Shown here: positions 18,195 through 28,750 of the stretch, one piece after another
Layout: each line of letters begins with the position of its first letter
Position numbering within the stretch: position 1 is the first letter of the stretch
NCBI GenBank assembly: GCA_965214265.1
Contig: CBDCBK010000010.1
Span: 678,230-742,229 of the forward strand
Length of the DNA stretch: 64,000 nucleotides
From: Acidimicrobiia bacterium
GTDB lineage: Bacteria > Actinomycetota > Acidimicrobiia > Spongiisociales > ZC4RG35
Direction: 5' to 3'
Program-made: the position numbers and the translations under genes
Notes under the pieces: generated by a model
Seen by the model: the letters and a program-made list of their open reading frames with translations, nothing else
Told to the model about the DNA's origin: nothing
The model's database searches: none

Positions 18195-19539
18195 CAGACG
18201 TCGGGGACACCGCCTGATCCGACGTCTGGTTTTGACCCTGGTGGTCGTGGCGGGGGTCTCGGCGATCTTGTGGTCGGTGTTGAGCGCAGTGCTGGGAGTG
18301 CCCTTCTGGCTGGCCGGCTTGATCTCTGGGAGTTTGGGTCTCACGGTCTACGGTGTGGTGCTCTTGCGGTTGCGCAACGCCCTAGTGGGGTTGGGCGAGG
18401 CGGCGGCCGGCCTGTTGAAGGGGGACCCCCAACTCGCCCAGCACCCCCTGGGAATTGAAGAGGTGGACCGCCTGGCTGCCGCCCTTCGGGAAGCGGGGCG
18501 CCATTTCCAGAACACCGAGGACGCCCTCCGGAGGGAGCAGGGTCTTTTGGAGGTGGTGCTGGAGGCCCTGCCCGGGGGGGTCCTGTTGGTGGAGGCCGAT
18601 AGTCAGGTGGCCTATTCGAATTCGGCCTGTCGTCAGATGCTGGGGGTGGTGGGAGACCCTTCGGGCCGTCTGGCGTTGCGTCCGATCAGGAGGCTGGTGA
18701 AAAGGGCCCGGGAAAGTGATCAGGCCTATGAGGAGACCCTGACCCGCGGCTATCCCCAACGCACTCTGGGAGCCAGAGCCTTCACGATAGATGCCGAGGA
18801 CCGGGTGCTGGTCATTGTTCTGGACCTCACCGAAACTCGGCGGGTGGAGACCATGCGGCGGGATTTCGTGACTGACGCCTCTCACGAACTCAAGACTCCG
18901 GTGGCTTCTATTCTTGCCTCCGTCGAGGCCTTGGAGATGGCCTTGGAGCGCGATCCGGAGTCGAGCCGGCTGTTCGCCGAGCAGATCTCGTCCTCGGCTC
19001 TGCGCTTGGCCCGATTGATCTCCGATCTGTTGGATCTTTCCCGTCTGGAGGCACAGGAGCCGGCCCCGGATAACTTCGATCTGGAGAAGGTGGTGACCGC
19101 CGAGGTGAAGCCGTTTGTGCAGGCCGCCCGCCAAAAGCGCATCGAGTTTACGGTGCGTACCGTGCCGGCGGCGGTGAGAGGATCGTCTGCCGAACTCGGT
19201 CTGGCCATCCGGAACCTGTGCGACAATGCTCTCCGGTATACCGAGGAGGGCGGGAGGATCGAGGTGGCGCTCTACGAGGGCCATGGCGAGGCGGCCTTGA
19301 CGGTCACCGACACCGGAGTGGGGATCCCGGGCCGGGATCTGGGACGGATTTTTGAGAGGTTTTACCGGGTGGACGTGGCCCGCTCCCGGCGGACGGGCGG
19401 CACCGGCCTGGGTTTGGCGATCGTCAAGCATGTGGCTGAGCGGCACGGCGGCACGGTGATGGTGGAAAGCTTGCTGGGGGAGGGATCCACTTTTATCCTG
19501 CGGGTTCCCCTGGCGGAAAGGGGGACCGCTTCTCTCTGA
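18184..19539 (+). CDS. sensor histidine kinase (PhoR/SenX3-like)
   Basis: Two TM helices, a HAMP-like segment, the H-box 'DASHELKTPVASI' and the ATPase G-boxes 'DTGVGIP' and 'GGTGLGLAIV'. ATG 18184 overlaps the regulator stop. Confidence 0.85.
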   Translation: MRPSRRRGHRLIRRLVLTLVVVAGVSAILWSVLSAVLGVPFWLAGLISGSLGLTVYGVVLLRLRNALVGLGEAAAGLLKGDPQLAQHPLGIEEVDRLAAALREAGRHFQNTEDALRREQGLLEVVLEALPGGVLLVEADSQVAYSNSACRQMLGVVGDPSGRLALRPIRRLVKRARESDQAYEETLTRGYPQRTLGARAFTIDAEDRVLVIVLDLTETRRVETMRRDFVTDASHELKTPVASILASVEALEMALERDPESSRLFAEQISSSALRLARLISDLLDLSRLEAQEPAPDNFDLEKVVTAEVKPFVQAARQKRIEFTVRTVPAAVRGSSAELGLAIRNLCDNALRYTEEGGRIEVALYEGHGEAALTVTDTGVGIPGRDLGRIFERFYRVDVARSRRTGGTGLGLAIVKHVAERHGGTVMVESLLGEGSTFILRVPLAERGTASL

Positions 19540-19602
19540 GGGAGGCTGTCCCGGGGACGGGATCAGGCGGTAGGGAGGGTTTGGCTATCGTGAAAAGCGG
19601 GT

Positions 19603-21021
19603 ATGTCCTATGACGCGGTAGTGATCGGAGCGGGACCGAACGGCTTGGCGGCCGCGGTCGTCCTGGCAGAGGCGGGGTGTTCGACGCTGGTTGTGGAAGC
19701 CGCCGAGACCATCGGTGGCGGATGCCGGACTTCGGAGTTGACTCTTCGGGGGTTTCGTCATGATGTCTGTGCGACTGCTCACCCTCTCGGGCGGGGTTCT
19801 CCCATCTTTCGGCGCCTTCCCCTGGCAGAGCACGGGTTGCGCTGGATTCATCCGCCGGTCGCTCTCGCCCATCCGCTCGACGACGGCGAGGTGGTGGTGC
19901 TGAAGCGTTCCATCGAGGAGACCGCGGAGGGACTGGGAGTCGACGCCGGGCGCTATCGAAGGAAGGTCGAGGGCATCGACCGGATGTGGCCTCGGATAGA
20001 GGGCCGGCTCATGGGACCGGTGCTCAAGTGGAGGCCTGACCCCTGGGCGGGGCTGAGGCTGGCGCCCCTGTCCTGGCCGGCCTCCTGGGATATCCGGAAG
20101 TTCAAGAGTCCGGCGGCCCGCTCCCTTCTGGCCGGCTGCGCCGCGCATGTGGTGATGCCGCCCCAAAAGGTGTTCACTGCCGGGGTGGGATGGCTCCTGT
20201 TGGTGGGAGGCCATCGGTACGGTTGGCCTTTCGTCGCCGGAGGCTCCCAGGCGTTGGTGGATGCCCTGGCCTCCTGCTTTCGGGCGATGGGCGGCGAAAT
20301 CGAGACCGGGCGGCGGGTAGCGGCCTTGGCGGAGCTTCCTCCTTCCCGGGTGGTGCTGGCCGATGTGGCGCCCTCAGCGCTGGTCGGGATGCTCGGGGCG
20401 GAGGGGCCGGGTCGGGCGGCGCGGGTTAGGAGGGGCTTCCAGCACGGGCCGGGGGTGTTCAAGCTGGATTGGGCTCTGTCCCGACCGGTGCCTTGGAGAG
20501 ATGTCCGGATGGCGACAGCCGGGGTTCTCCATCTGGGAGGCGACTATCGACAGATCGCCTCGTCGGAACGGATGGTGTGGCGGGGCGAAACCCCCGATCG
20601 ACCTTTTGTGGTGGCCGCACAGCCCTCCCGGTTCGACCCGTCCCGCGCCCCGGAGGGAAAGCACACACTGTGGGCCTACGCCCATGTCCCCTCTGGCAGC
20701 ACGGTAGACATGCGGACGGCGGTCGAGGCCGAGATCGAGCGGCACGCTCCGGGCTTTCGGGACACCATCCTGGCCTGTCATAGCATGGCGGCCTCTCAAT
20801 GGGAGAGCTACAACCCCAACTACGTGAGGGGCGATATCGGCGGCGGGGTGTTTGGAGTGAGGCGAGCGCTGTGGGGGCCTTTCGGAGGGTGGTCACCGTA
20901 TGCGACGGGAATCGACGGGGTCTACTTGTGCTCTTCCTCTACTCCTCCCGGGGGAGGCGTGCACGGCATGTGCGGCTACCACGCCGCCCAAGTCGCGTTG
21001 CGTAGGATCAAATCTGTTTGA
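19603..21021 (+). CDS. NAD(P)/FAD-dependent oxidoreductase (phytoene desaturase/CrtI-like family)
   Basis: Dinucleotide-binding motif 'YDAVVIGAGPNGLAAAVVLAEAG'. 472 aa. Confidence 0.7.
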   Translation: MSYDAVVIGAGPNGLAAAVVLAEAGCSTLVVEAAETIGGGCRTSELTLRGFRHDVCATAHPLGRGSPIFRRLPLAEHGLRWIHPPVALAHPLDDGEVVVLKRSIEETAEGLGVDAGRYRRKVEGIDRMWPRIEGRLMGPVLKWRPDPWAGLRLAPLSWPASWDIRKFKSPAARSLLAGCAAHVVMPPQKVFTAGVGWLLLVGGHRYGWPFVAGGSQALVDALASCFRAMGGEIETGRRVAALAELPPSRVVLADVAPSALVGMLGAEGPGRAARVRRGFQHGPGVFKLDWALSRPVPWRDVRMATAGVLHLGGDYRQIASSERMVWRGETPDRPFVVAAQPSRFDPSRAPEGKHTLWAYAHVPSGSTVDMRTAVEAEIERHAPGFRDTILACHSMAASQWESYNPNYVRGDIGGGVFGVRRALWGPFGGWSPYATGIDGVYLCSSSTPPGGGVHGMCGYHAAQVALRRIKSV

Positions 21022-21393
21022 GCTTCCGGCAGGTCCTTGGCGCCGGGTTGGGCTGGTTGGACCATGAACGACGCAGCAAACGGGCACTTGTCGCGAAAAT
21101 CAATAACAACACGCGAATTCTGCAAAACCGGGTTTTCTCCGTTGGGCCCGTCCCCCACCACCACCTAACCGTTGTAGGGCGCGAGAATCCGCGGCCCGGC
21201 TAAGGGTTCGGTTTCGCTTGACCTCTGGATTGTCTCAGCTGGGAGAGCTCTGGTCCGGCTGGAGGGTTTTGTGCAGCAATGGACAGTGTGTGATTGAGCA
21301 TTTGGGAAAGTCAACCTCCGGATCAGTGGTTTTTTCCCACTCTCGCTGATTGGCGGGGCGCTTGAGGTAGCTACTACTCCTTATGAAAGAGTC

Positions 21394-22164
21394 CTACTCG
21401 TGGGGCTCGAAGATGGTGAACGTTCCTTTTTGGTCGTCGTTGACCACCGCGAAACGCCCCACCGAGATCTCGGTCACCGGCACACAGACATCGCCTCCCA
21501 GGCTCGTCACCTTGGCGGCCGCGGCATCGGCGTCCTCGACCTGGATGTTGACCATCCAATGAGGAGGCATCTCGCCCCAGTTCTCATCCATGACCATCAC
21601 TCCGGCAACCTGGAATTCTCCCAGGTTTGCCAGGTGGTAGTCCCCGCCCTGGGGTATGGGCATGCTGCTCCACTCCCAGTCGAACAGGGCACTGTAAAAG
21701 CTCTGGGTGGCTTCCAGATCCCTGGTGTAGAGATCGTTCCAAGCCAAGGAGCCGGGAGCGCGCATTATCTCCGCTCCACCGAACTCGAGGGCCTGCCAGA
21801 GAAAGAACCCGGCGCCGGCCGGGTCCTGCAATAGGGCCACCCGCCCGTTCCCTGCGTCGGCGGGTCCCATGAGGAAGGTCGCTCCCAAAGCTCTCGCCCG
21901 TTCGGCGGTGGCGTCCAGGTCATCAGTGGCGATGTAGGAAAACCAGCAGGGCGGCACCCCTTCGGGGAACATCCCCGGCATCTGCGGTCCGAGAGCTCCC
22001 ACGCTCTTTCCGTCCAGGTTGAACATGGTGTATGACATCCCCGAACCGCCCATGGGAACATCGGTCCAGTCCCAACCAAACAGGGCACCGTAGAAAGCTT
22101 TGCCTCGTCCCGGGTCGGGCAGGTAGATGTCCATCCAACAGAAAGTGCCGTGGGGATGTTTCAT
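21394..22164 (-). CDS. tandem two-domain VOC/glyoxalase-family protein
   Basis: Start 'MKHPHGTFCWMDIY' at 22164. There are two glyoxalase-like repeats (256 aa). The upstream part of the long ORF is an extension with no support. Confidence 0.65.
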   Translation of the reverse strand: MKHPHGTFCWMDIYLPDPGRGKAFYGALFGWDWTDVPMGGSGMSYTMFNLDGKSVGALGPQMPGMFPEGVPPCWFSYIATDDLDATAERARALGATFLMGPADAGNGRVALLQDPAGAGFFLWQALEFGGAEIMRAPGSLAWNDLYTRDLEATQSFYSALFDWEWSSMPIPQGGDYHLANLGEFQVAGVMVMDENWGEMPPHWMVNIQVEDADAAAAKVTSLGGDVCVPVTEISVGRFAVVNDDQKGTFTIFEPHE

Positions 22165-22985
22165 TGTTGCTCCTTTGGGTGCTGGGGCGAGATTAGCCCC
22201 TCCTGGGGTAACGTCCACGGAAGGGTAGACACGTGCTGGATCCGCCTGGCGCGTGGCAGCGGCAGCCGGGATTGGGCTATGACCCGGGCCGCCTCCCGAA
22301 GTTGTTCGGGGCTCGGCACGATGCGGGAGAGAGGAGCCGGGCGCCGCAGCACGACGTCGTCGCGTTCCACCAAGGCCTCGGGCGGAACCTCGATCAGAAC
22401 GGGGCGGGGACAGCCGGTACGCATCTGTCTGAACGCTTCTGAAACGGCGCCCGGGATTTCCCGGGGGGTGAGCACCTGCCGTCGCCACTTGGTCACGGGG
22501 CGCACGACCTCGCACTGGTTCGAGATTTCATGAACACCCCCGAGGTTCTTCCCGATCTGGCCGCGGGGGATTTGGCTGGCGATGACGAGGACGGGTGAGC
22601 ATCGGGCGTATGCAGTGGCCAAGCTGGCGGCTGCGTTGTAGAGACCTACGCCCGGAACCACCATGGCCACTCCCGGTTTTCCCGATGCGCGTGCATAGCC
22701 GTCGGCCATGTAGGTCGTGGCCTGTTCATGCCGGGTTGTGATCATGCGGATGCCCGGCTCATCCCGCAGCGCGGCGACCATCCCGTCCATCTATATGCCC
22801 GGAGGCCCGAATATGACCTCGGCGCCCTCGCTGATCAGCGATTTCACCAGAGCTTCGCCGCCGCTCATTTTCACCATTGTTGGCCTATCCAGGCAGGTCG
22901 TTTCCCCACAGACCTCATTCAGGATAACTGTCCCAGGCTTGCCAAGCACGGGGTGCGTCAGGGGCACTCCTCGCTCCGAGAGCAC
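22161..22985 (-). pseudogene. N-terminal remnant of a thiamine-diphosphate-dependent enzyme (acetolactate-synthase-like Pyr domain) with an in-frame TAG and 3' truncation
   Basis: 'MVKMSGGEALVKSLISEGAEVIFGPPGI*MDGMVAALRDEPGIRMITTRHEQATTYMADGYARASGKPGVAMV'. TAG at 22791-22793. The gene ends after about 250 aa, where the VOC gene starts. Confidence 0.6.
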
Positions 22986-23084
22986 TTCATTTCAGTCTCG
23001 GATGCGTGTCGGCTTGGCGAATACCGAGACTCCCCGTCGGGCTGCTTCCTCCGGTTCCTGGTGTTGTCAAGCGATGAGATTCGG

Positions 23085-23159
23085 CACGCCCGGAGGGACT
23101 CGAACCCCCAACCTTCTGATCCGTAGTCAGACGCTCTGTCCAAATTGAGCTACGGGCGC
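23085..23159 (-). tRNA. tRNA-Arg (anticodon ACG)
   Basis: Reverse complement folds as a cloverleaf: acceptor GCGCCCG, anticodon stem TCTGA/TCAGA with loop CTACGGA, T-arm GGGGG-TTCGAGT-CCCTC. Confidence 0.85.
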
Positions 23160-23548
23160 AAGGGCTTTTACAGCAAAGCATAAGCTTAGCCGGAAACGGG
23201 ACCATCGGACGAAGAATTCGGCCAATCAAGTCGTGATGCGGGCTGGGAAGGAGACCGCCACCACGGAGTTCGCTAAAAACCTGTCCTGATTCGCCGCTAC
23301 GGACGCCAACTGGGCCAGATTCTATTTGAGATAGGTGAGGGTTTTGCGAATAGCTGACCACAACTGGTACACCTATCGGGTAACGGGTATCCGGACTGAC
23401 TGGCGGTATCTCCTTCGGCCCGGTGTATCTTCATGCATAATGAGTAGGCACAAGAGCATTCTTCCGCGGCGGCCTCGGACTGATCGTGCGCACGGCGGGG
23501 CGGCCGGTGCATGGTCCGTTCCGATACCCCTGGCGTTACAGCTGATCG

Positions 23549-25666
23549 ATGACGGACCGGGAGCGGGCAGGTGGTGAGATGACCGCCGGAACCGCCGTGG
23601 CCGGGCACGGACCCCCACAGGACGCTGCGGCCGTCCGTCCGAATCTGCTCGACATTGAGAACCTGGTGGTGCGCTTTGAGTTGCCTGCCGAGACAGTCCG
23701 TGCGGTCAGCGGTGTGAGCCTCACCGTGGCTCCGAGCGAGACGTTCGCCCTGGTGGGTGAGTCCGGATCCGGCAAAAGCGTGTCAATGCTGTCCGTCATG
23801 GGTCTCCTTCCTTCACCGCCCGCGGTGGTATCGGGGTCCATCCGGCTGGAGGGCCGGGAAGTCCTGGGAATGTCCGGACGCCGACTGAAAAGGTTCCGTG
23901 GTCGGGACGTGGCCATGGTCTTCCAAGAGCCGATGTCGTCATTGAACCCTGTCTACCGCGTCGGTCGGCAGATCGGCGAGAGCCTCCGCATCCATCGCGG
24001 TGCTACCCGGGCCGAGGCACGGCGCCACGCCATCCGCCTCCTGGACCGCGTTGGGATACCGTCGGCGAAGACCAGGGTTGACGACTACCCGCACGAATTC
24101 TCGGGGGGTATGCGCCAGCGCGCCATGATTGCTATGGCGTTGGCGTGCGAGCCGAAACTGCTGATCGCCGATGAACCGACCACGGCCCTCGATGTGACCG
24201 TCCAGGCCCAGATCGTGGATCTGGTCCGTGAACTGCAAGCCGAATACCGCTTGGCGGTGGTCTGGATTACCCATGACCTCGGGGTGGTGGCCGAGATAGC
24301 CGATCGGGTGGCGGTCATGTACGCAGGGAGAATACTCGAGACGGGCCAGGCATCCGACGTCTACCGGGCCACCCGCCACCCCTACACATCCGGATTGCTC
24401 CGCTCCATACCCCGACTGGACCGCCCTGTCACCACCAGCCTGGCAGAGATACCGGGTGCACCCTTCCGGGTCGTTAAGGAGTTGGAGGCGTGTCCTTTCG
24501 ACGACCGTTGTCCGCTAGCTGGAGAGGGCTGCCAGGATGCTCTCCCGGAGTTGGACACGGTTGGGCCTGGCGGGCACCAGTCGGCGTGTATTCACCACCA
24601 CCAGATGGGACCCGCCTCCGCGCTCTGGCCGGAAGGAGCAGCATCCGGTTTCCACACGCCCGCCGATCAAACCGGCGATGTTGTCATCTCGGTCCGGGAC
24701 CTGCAGGTCCATTTCCCGGTCATCCGAGGCCTAAGCCAGTCGCGCAAGGGGGCTATTCGGGCCGTGGACGGTGTCTCCCTCGACGTGACCCGGGGACAGA
24801 CCTTGGGGATTGTCGGCGAGAGCGGCTGTGGGAAGACCACGCTGGGTCGGGCTCTGGTAGCGCTGGTACGGCCCACCGGAGGAACGATCGAGATCAACGG
24901 GGCGCCGATCGACCACCGTAGCGGAAGGCATCGGCGGGTGGTGCAAATAATCTTCCAGGATCCCTTCTCGGCCATGAACCCCGGGATGCGGGTAGAGGAT
25001 GTCGTCGCCGAGCCCCTCCGCATCCACCGACTCGCGGACGCCGCAGCCGTCCGCGACCGCGTGGCCCAACTCCTGACCCAGGTGGGTCTACCTCCTGACT
25101 CGGGTGAACGCTATCCGCACGAGTTCAGCGGAGGGCAGAGGCAGCGGATCGCCGTCGCCCGCGCCCTAGCGGCCGACCCTGAGGTCGTGGTGTGCGACGA
25201 ACCCGTATCGTCCCTGGATGTATCGGTGCAGGCTCAGGTAGTAAACTTGCTGGCCGATCTGCAGACACGAACCGGCATGGCGATGGTTTTCATAGCGCAT
25301 GACCTGGCAGTGGTGCGCCACGTCTCCCACGAAGTGGCGGTGATGTATCTCGGAGAGATCGTGGAGAAAGCGCCGCGCGACCAGCTTTACGAGGCTCCCC
25401 TTCACCCGTACACCAAGGCGCTTCTGGAAGCGGTGCCGGTGCCCGAGCCCGACAACGACACAGCCAGGCGGACCAGGCTGGTAGGGGATGTACCGAGCCC
25501 GGCCGATCCCCCGTCCGGCTGTCGTTTCCATACCCGTTGCCCGGTGGCTGTTGAAGGGCTGTGCTCGACTGTCAAGCCGCTGCTGCAAGAGGTGGCCCCG
25601 AGCCGATGGGTCTCGTGCCATCTCGTCAGTCCACCCGCTGGGCTCAGCAAGTCCCGCGGGGCCTAG
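23549..25666 (+). CDS. fused double ABC ATPase of a peptide/oligopeptide transporter (DppD/OppD-like + DppF/OppF-like)
   Basis: Two complete ABC cassettes ('GESGSGKSV...LSGGMRQRAMIA', 'GESGCGKTT...FSGGQRQRIAVA') and the C-terminal oligopeptide-ABC domain 'HPYTKALLEAVP'. Confidence 0.85.
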   Translation: MTDRERAGGEMTAGTAVAGHGPPQDAAAVRPNLLDIENLVVRFELPAETVRAVSGVSLTVAPSETFALVGESGSGKSVSMLSVMGLLPSPPAVVSGSIRLEGREVLGMSGRRLKRFRGRDVAMVFQEPMSSLNPVYRVGRQIGESLRIHRGATRAEARRHAIRLLDRVGIPSAKTRVDDYPHEFSGGMRQRAMIAMALACEPKLLIADEPTTALDVTVQAQIVDLVRELQAEYRLAVVWITHDLGVVAEIADRVAVMYAGRILETGQASDVYRATRHPYTSGLLRSIPRLDRPVTTSLAEIPGAPFRVVKELEACPFDDRCPLAGEGCQDALPELDTVGPGGHQSACIHHHQMGPASALWPEGAASGFHTPADQTGDVVISVRDLQVHFPVIRGLSQSRKGAIRAVDGVSLDVTRGQTLGIVGESGCGKTTLGRALVALVRPTGGTIEINGAPIDHRSGRHRRVVQIIFQDPFSAMNPGMRVEDVVAEPLRIHRLADAAAVRDRVAQLLTQVGLPPDSGERYPHEFSGGQRQRIAVARALAADPEVVVCDEPVSSLDVSVQAQVVNLLADLQTRTGMAMVFIAHDLAVVRHVSHEVAVMYLGEIVEKAPRDQLYEAPLHPYTKALLEAVPVPEPDNDTARRTRLVGDVPSPADPPSGCRFHTRCPVAVEGLCSTVKPLLQEVAPSRWVSCHLVSPPAGLSKSRGA

Positions 25667-25877
25667 GAGCAAACGCCCGGACTCTCGGCGGCGGTGGTTC
25701 TTTTGACAAGGACAGCCGCAGTCGAGTGGTTTCGAGGCCCAGAGGCTCAGGATGTTGCGGCCTCTAGCAGACGCCATGCCGTTGCTTTGGCTAGGATGAT
25801 GTCAGTTGAGGGACAAGTCCCTCGCAAATCGTGATTTCCGCTACCTGTTGGCGGGGAAGAGAAAAGAGGAACAAACA

Positions 25878-27638
25878 ATGCAACGCTTGACGAAGTTCAA
25901 GATAACTCTCCTTCTGGTCGTTCTCGCGCTGGCAGCCGTTGGCTGTGGCGACGACGATGCCGAACCAGACGAACCCACGACCACTGTGGCCGCACCGGCG
26001 CCGACTACCACAGAAGCGCCGGCGCCGTCCGACACGGACGAGGCGCCCGAACCCGCGCCCGAGACCACAACTACCACTGCGGCGCCGGCCCCCCCACCGG
26101 AACCAGTCACGGTTCGGGCTGCGGTCACAGGGGATGAAGGAACCCTTACCCCCTACACGTACATCAGCGGCTTCCCCGGGTGGAATATCATGATGCTCCA
26201 GTACGACTCTCTGATGCAGCTTGACTCGGCCGGAATTCCCCAGCCCTGGCTGGCCTCGAGCGTCACCGTCAGCGACGACCTCACCGAGTGGTCGGTAACT
26301 CTGGTCGAGGGCGTAACTTTCCATGACGGGGAGCCTTTGACCTCCGATGACGTGTCCTTCAGTGTTGACTACTACGTGAACAACCCTGAGGCGAGCCGTT
26401 TCGCACGCGACTTCAGCGGCGTGGCGGACGTAGTGGTACACGATGACTACAATGTCACCTTCGTTCTCAACGGTCCCAGCGCCGGATTCGACGTGGGAGC
26501 GCTGGCCGATGCACCCATTATCCCGCGCCACATCTGGGAGTCGGTGGAACTTCCGTCGGAGCACCAGTTCGAGGGCGGTACCAACATCGGGTCGGGTCCG
26601 TACAAGTTGGTCCAATACGTCGAAGGCCAGAGTTACCGATTCGAGGCCAACCCCGACTTCTTCCGGGGCGCCCCGGCGGTTGACGAACTGGTAGTCATCG
26701 TCTTTGCCGACGACGCAGGCACTCAAGCCGCCATCCGTACCGGGGAAGTCGACGTGATCTTCGAACGGATACCCCCCGAGCAGATCGATCTGCTGGACTC
26801 CCAGGACCCGCTGGACATCGCCTTGGGACCCGAGTTCACCACCCAGATGATTAACTACGACGCTTCGAAGCGCCCGTTCGACGACGTTGCAGTCCGTCAG
26901 GCCATCAACTTGGCTATGGACCGCCAGGACTTCGTCGACACCGTGTACCTGGGGGCAGCCACAGTGGGGAGTCCCGGCTGGATCCATCCCGGGCATTCGT
27001 CTTATAACCCCGCCATCGTCCCCGTGTACGACGTGGCCGCGGCCAACGCGCTATTGGACGGCGCCGGCTATGCCGACACCGACGGCGATGGCGTCCGAGA
27101 GTTCGACGGGCAGCCGATGTCTTTCGAGATCATCACCAACTCTTCCGACTCGCTACGTCTGCGGATCGCCGAGTTGACTACGGAGATGCTGGCTGTGATC
27201 GGCATCGAAACCGAGATCGTACCCGTCGACACCGGAGTCTGGGAGCAGGCCGTGTGGCCGAGCTTCGATGTCAACAATGGTCGCAACTACGAGATCGCCA
27301 TGTGGGGATGGTCGGCGCCCGTTCAGGCCGACCCGCTACGGCTTCCCTGGTTGGTCCACAGCTCAACGGATTCAGGATTCCTCAACCTGACCGGCTACGG
27401 CAACGCCGAGATGGATACCCTTTCCGAGGCCCTGTCTGTCGAGCCTGATCCGGCGGAGCGCAACGCTATCTTGGGTCGAATGCAGGAGATAATCGCCGAG
27501 GACCTGCCGTTCGTGCTATTGCTGTATCCGGATGGCGCCTATGTGTACGACTCGAGCGTCTACTCGGATTGGGAGTTCATCGCCGGCCAGGGCATCGTCA
27601 GCAAGCTGTCGCTGCTCCCGCCTTCCGCCCGCCCGTAG
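25878..27638 (+). CDS. ABC transporter substrate-binding lipoprotein, family 5 (peptide/nickel type)
   Basis: Lipobox 'LALAAVGCGDDD', a Thr/Pro/Glu-rich linker, then the family-5 SBP fold. Start ATG at 25878. Confidence 0.8.
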   Translation: MQRLTKFKITLLLVVLALAAVGCGDDDAEPDEPTTTVAAPAPTTTEAPAPSDTDEAPEPAPETTTTTAAPAPPPEPVTVRAAVTGDEGTLTPYTYISGFPGWNIMMLQYDSLMQLDSAGIPQPWLASSVTVSDDLTEWSVTLVEGVTFHDGEPLTSDDVSFSVDYYVNNPEASRFARDFSGVADVVVHDDYNVTFVLNGPSAGFDVGALADAPIIPRHIWESVELPSEHQFEGGTNIGSGPYKLVQYVEGQSYRFEANPDFFRGAPAVDELVVIVFADDAGTQAAIRTGEVDVIFERIPPEQIDLLDSQDPLDIALGPEFTTQMINYDASKRPFDDVAVRQAINLAMDRQDFVDTVYLGAATVGSPGWIHPGHSSYNPAIVPVYDVAAANALLDGAGYADTDGDGVREFDGQPMSFEIITNSSDSLRLRIAELTTEMLAVIGIETEIVPVDTGVWEQAVWPSFDVNNGRNYEIAMWGWSAPVQADPLRLPWLVHSSTDSGFLNLTGYGNAEMDTLSEALSVEPDPAERNAILGRMQEIIAEDLPFVLLLYPDGAYVYDSSVYSDWEFIAGQGIVSKLSLLPPSARP

Positions 27639-27775
27639 GAGAAAAACCGAATAATGACGGCTAGTGGCGGCCTGCCGCTCGCTCGGGCATAGCGTGTTTG
27701 AGTTGCTGCCCGGTAGGGACAGTTCAGCACGCTCCGAGAATCGCGGCAGGCCGCGGGCTAGGTCGAGTTGATGGC

Positions 27776-28750
27776 TTGACAAGGCGCATCGACCTCCGTC
27801 GGGTGGTCCAGTACGGGGTAGTGGTAGTGGTGGCGGTGACGCTCAACTTCCTGCTACCCCGGCTGATGCCGGGAAATCCGCTGGCGCTGATCGCTGGAGT
27901 GGATGTCGGGCTCCTGGACCCGGCGCAACGGGCTGAGATCGTCGCCCGGGTCGGTCTTGACGCGCCTTTATGGAAGCAATATCTACGGTATTGGGGCGGT
28001 ATTCTCACCGGCGATTTCGGGTACTCGTTCCGGGCTAGCCGTCCCATCGTCGAGATGATCTGGGACCGGCTCCCTTGGACTCTCTTAATCACAGGCCTTT
28101 CGCTGATGGTATCGGCAATCTCAGGTGTGTTGCTGGGCGCCCTCTCGGCTTGGCGGAGAGGCACGAAGGGCGACTTGAGTCTGCTTTCGGGGATGATCTC
28201 GATCGAGTCGTTGCCCTCTTTCTGGTTGGGTATGGTCCTGATCTCGGTCTTCGCCGTCCAATGGGGGTTGCTGCCCTCGTTCGGCGCGGTGACCCCCGCG
28301 TCCGATCTGGAGGGTTGGGCCGTTACCTGGGACATCATCCGCCACGCCATAATGCCGGTGGCCGCCCTGTCCATTGTCGGGACGCCGGGCGTTTACATGA
28401 CCATGCGCTATTCGATGCTCGAAACGTTGGGAGAGGACTACATCCGAACCGCCAGAGCCAAAGGCGCCGGCGAGCGCAGGGTGCTGTTCGGGCATGTTGC
28501 CCGCAACGCCATCGCTCCGGTGATAACAGTGCTAGCCCTACGTCTGGGGTTCGCGTTCGGGGGCACGGTCATCATCGAGACGGTGTTCTCCTATCCAGGG
28601 CTCGGTCGTCTGGTCTTCGAAGCGGTCTCAGGGCGTGACTATCCCGTGATGCAGGCGGCCTTCCTGGTCTTCACGGGGGCGGTGTTGGTGGCGAACCTGG
28701 CGGCCGACCTCTTGTATCCGCTGATAGACCCCAGGACCAGAGCATCGTGA
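27776..28750 (+). CDS. ABC transporter permease (DppB/OppB-like)
   Basis: Six TM helices with the 'EDYIRTARAKG' EAA-like loop. The start is uncertain (TTG 27776 proposed). Confidence 0.75.
   Translation: MTRRIDLRRVVQYGVVVVVAVTLNFLLPRLMPGNPLALIAGVDVGLLDPAQRAEIVARVGLDAPLWKQYLRYWGGILTGDFGYSFRASRPIVEMIWDRLPWTLLITGLSLMVSAISGVLLGALSAWRRGTKGDLSLLSGMISIESLPSFWLGMVLISVFAVQWGLLPSFGAVTPASDLEGWAVTWDIIRHAIMPVAALSIVGTPGVYMTMRYSMLETLGEDYIRTARAKGAGERRVLFGHVARNAIAPVITVLALRLGFAFGGTVIIETVFSYPGLGRLVFEAVSGRDYPVMQAAFLVFTGAVLVANLAADLLYPLIDPRTRAS

Noticed and set aside
18382-19446. 354-aa minus ORF
   Set aside because: It is antisense to the histidine kinase gene.
22958-23361. Short ORFs overlapping tRNA-Arg
   Set aside because: They overlap a well-formed tRNA and have no coding signal.
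25791-26996. 401-aa minus ORF
   Set aside because: It is antisense to the SBP gene.
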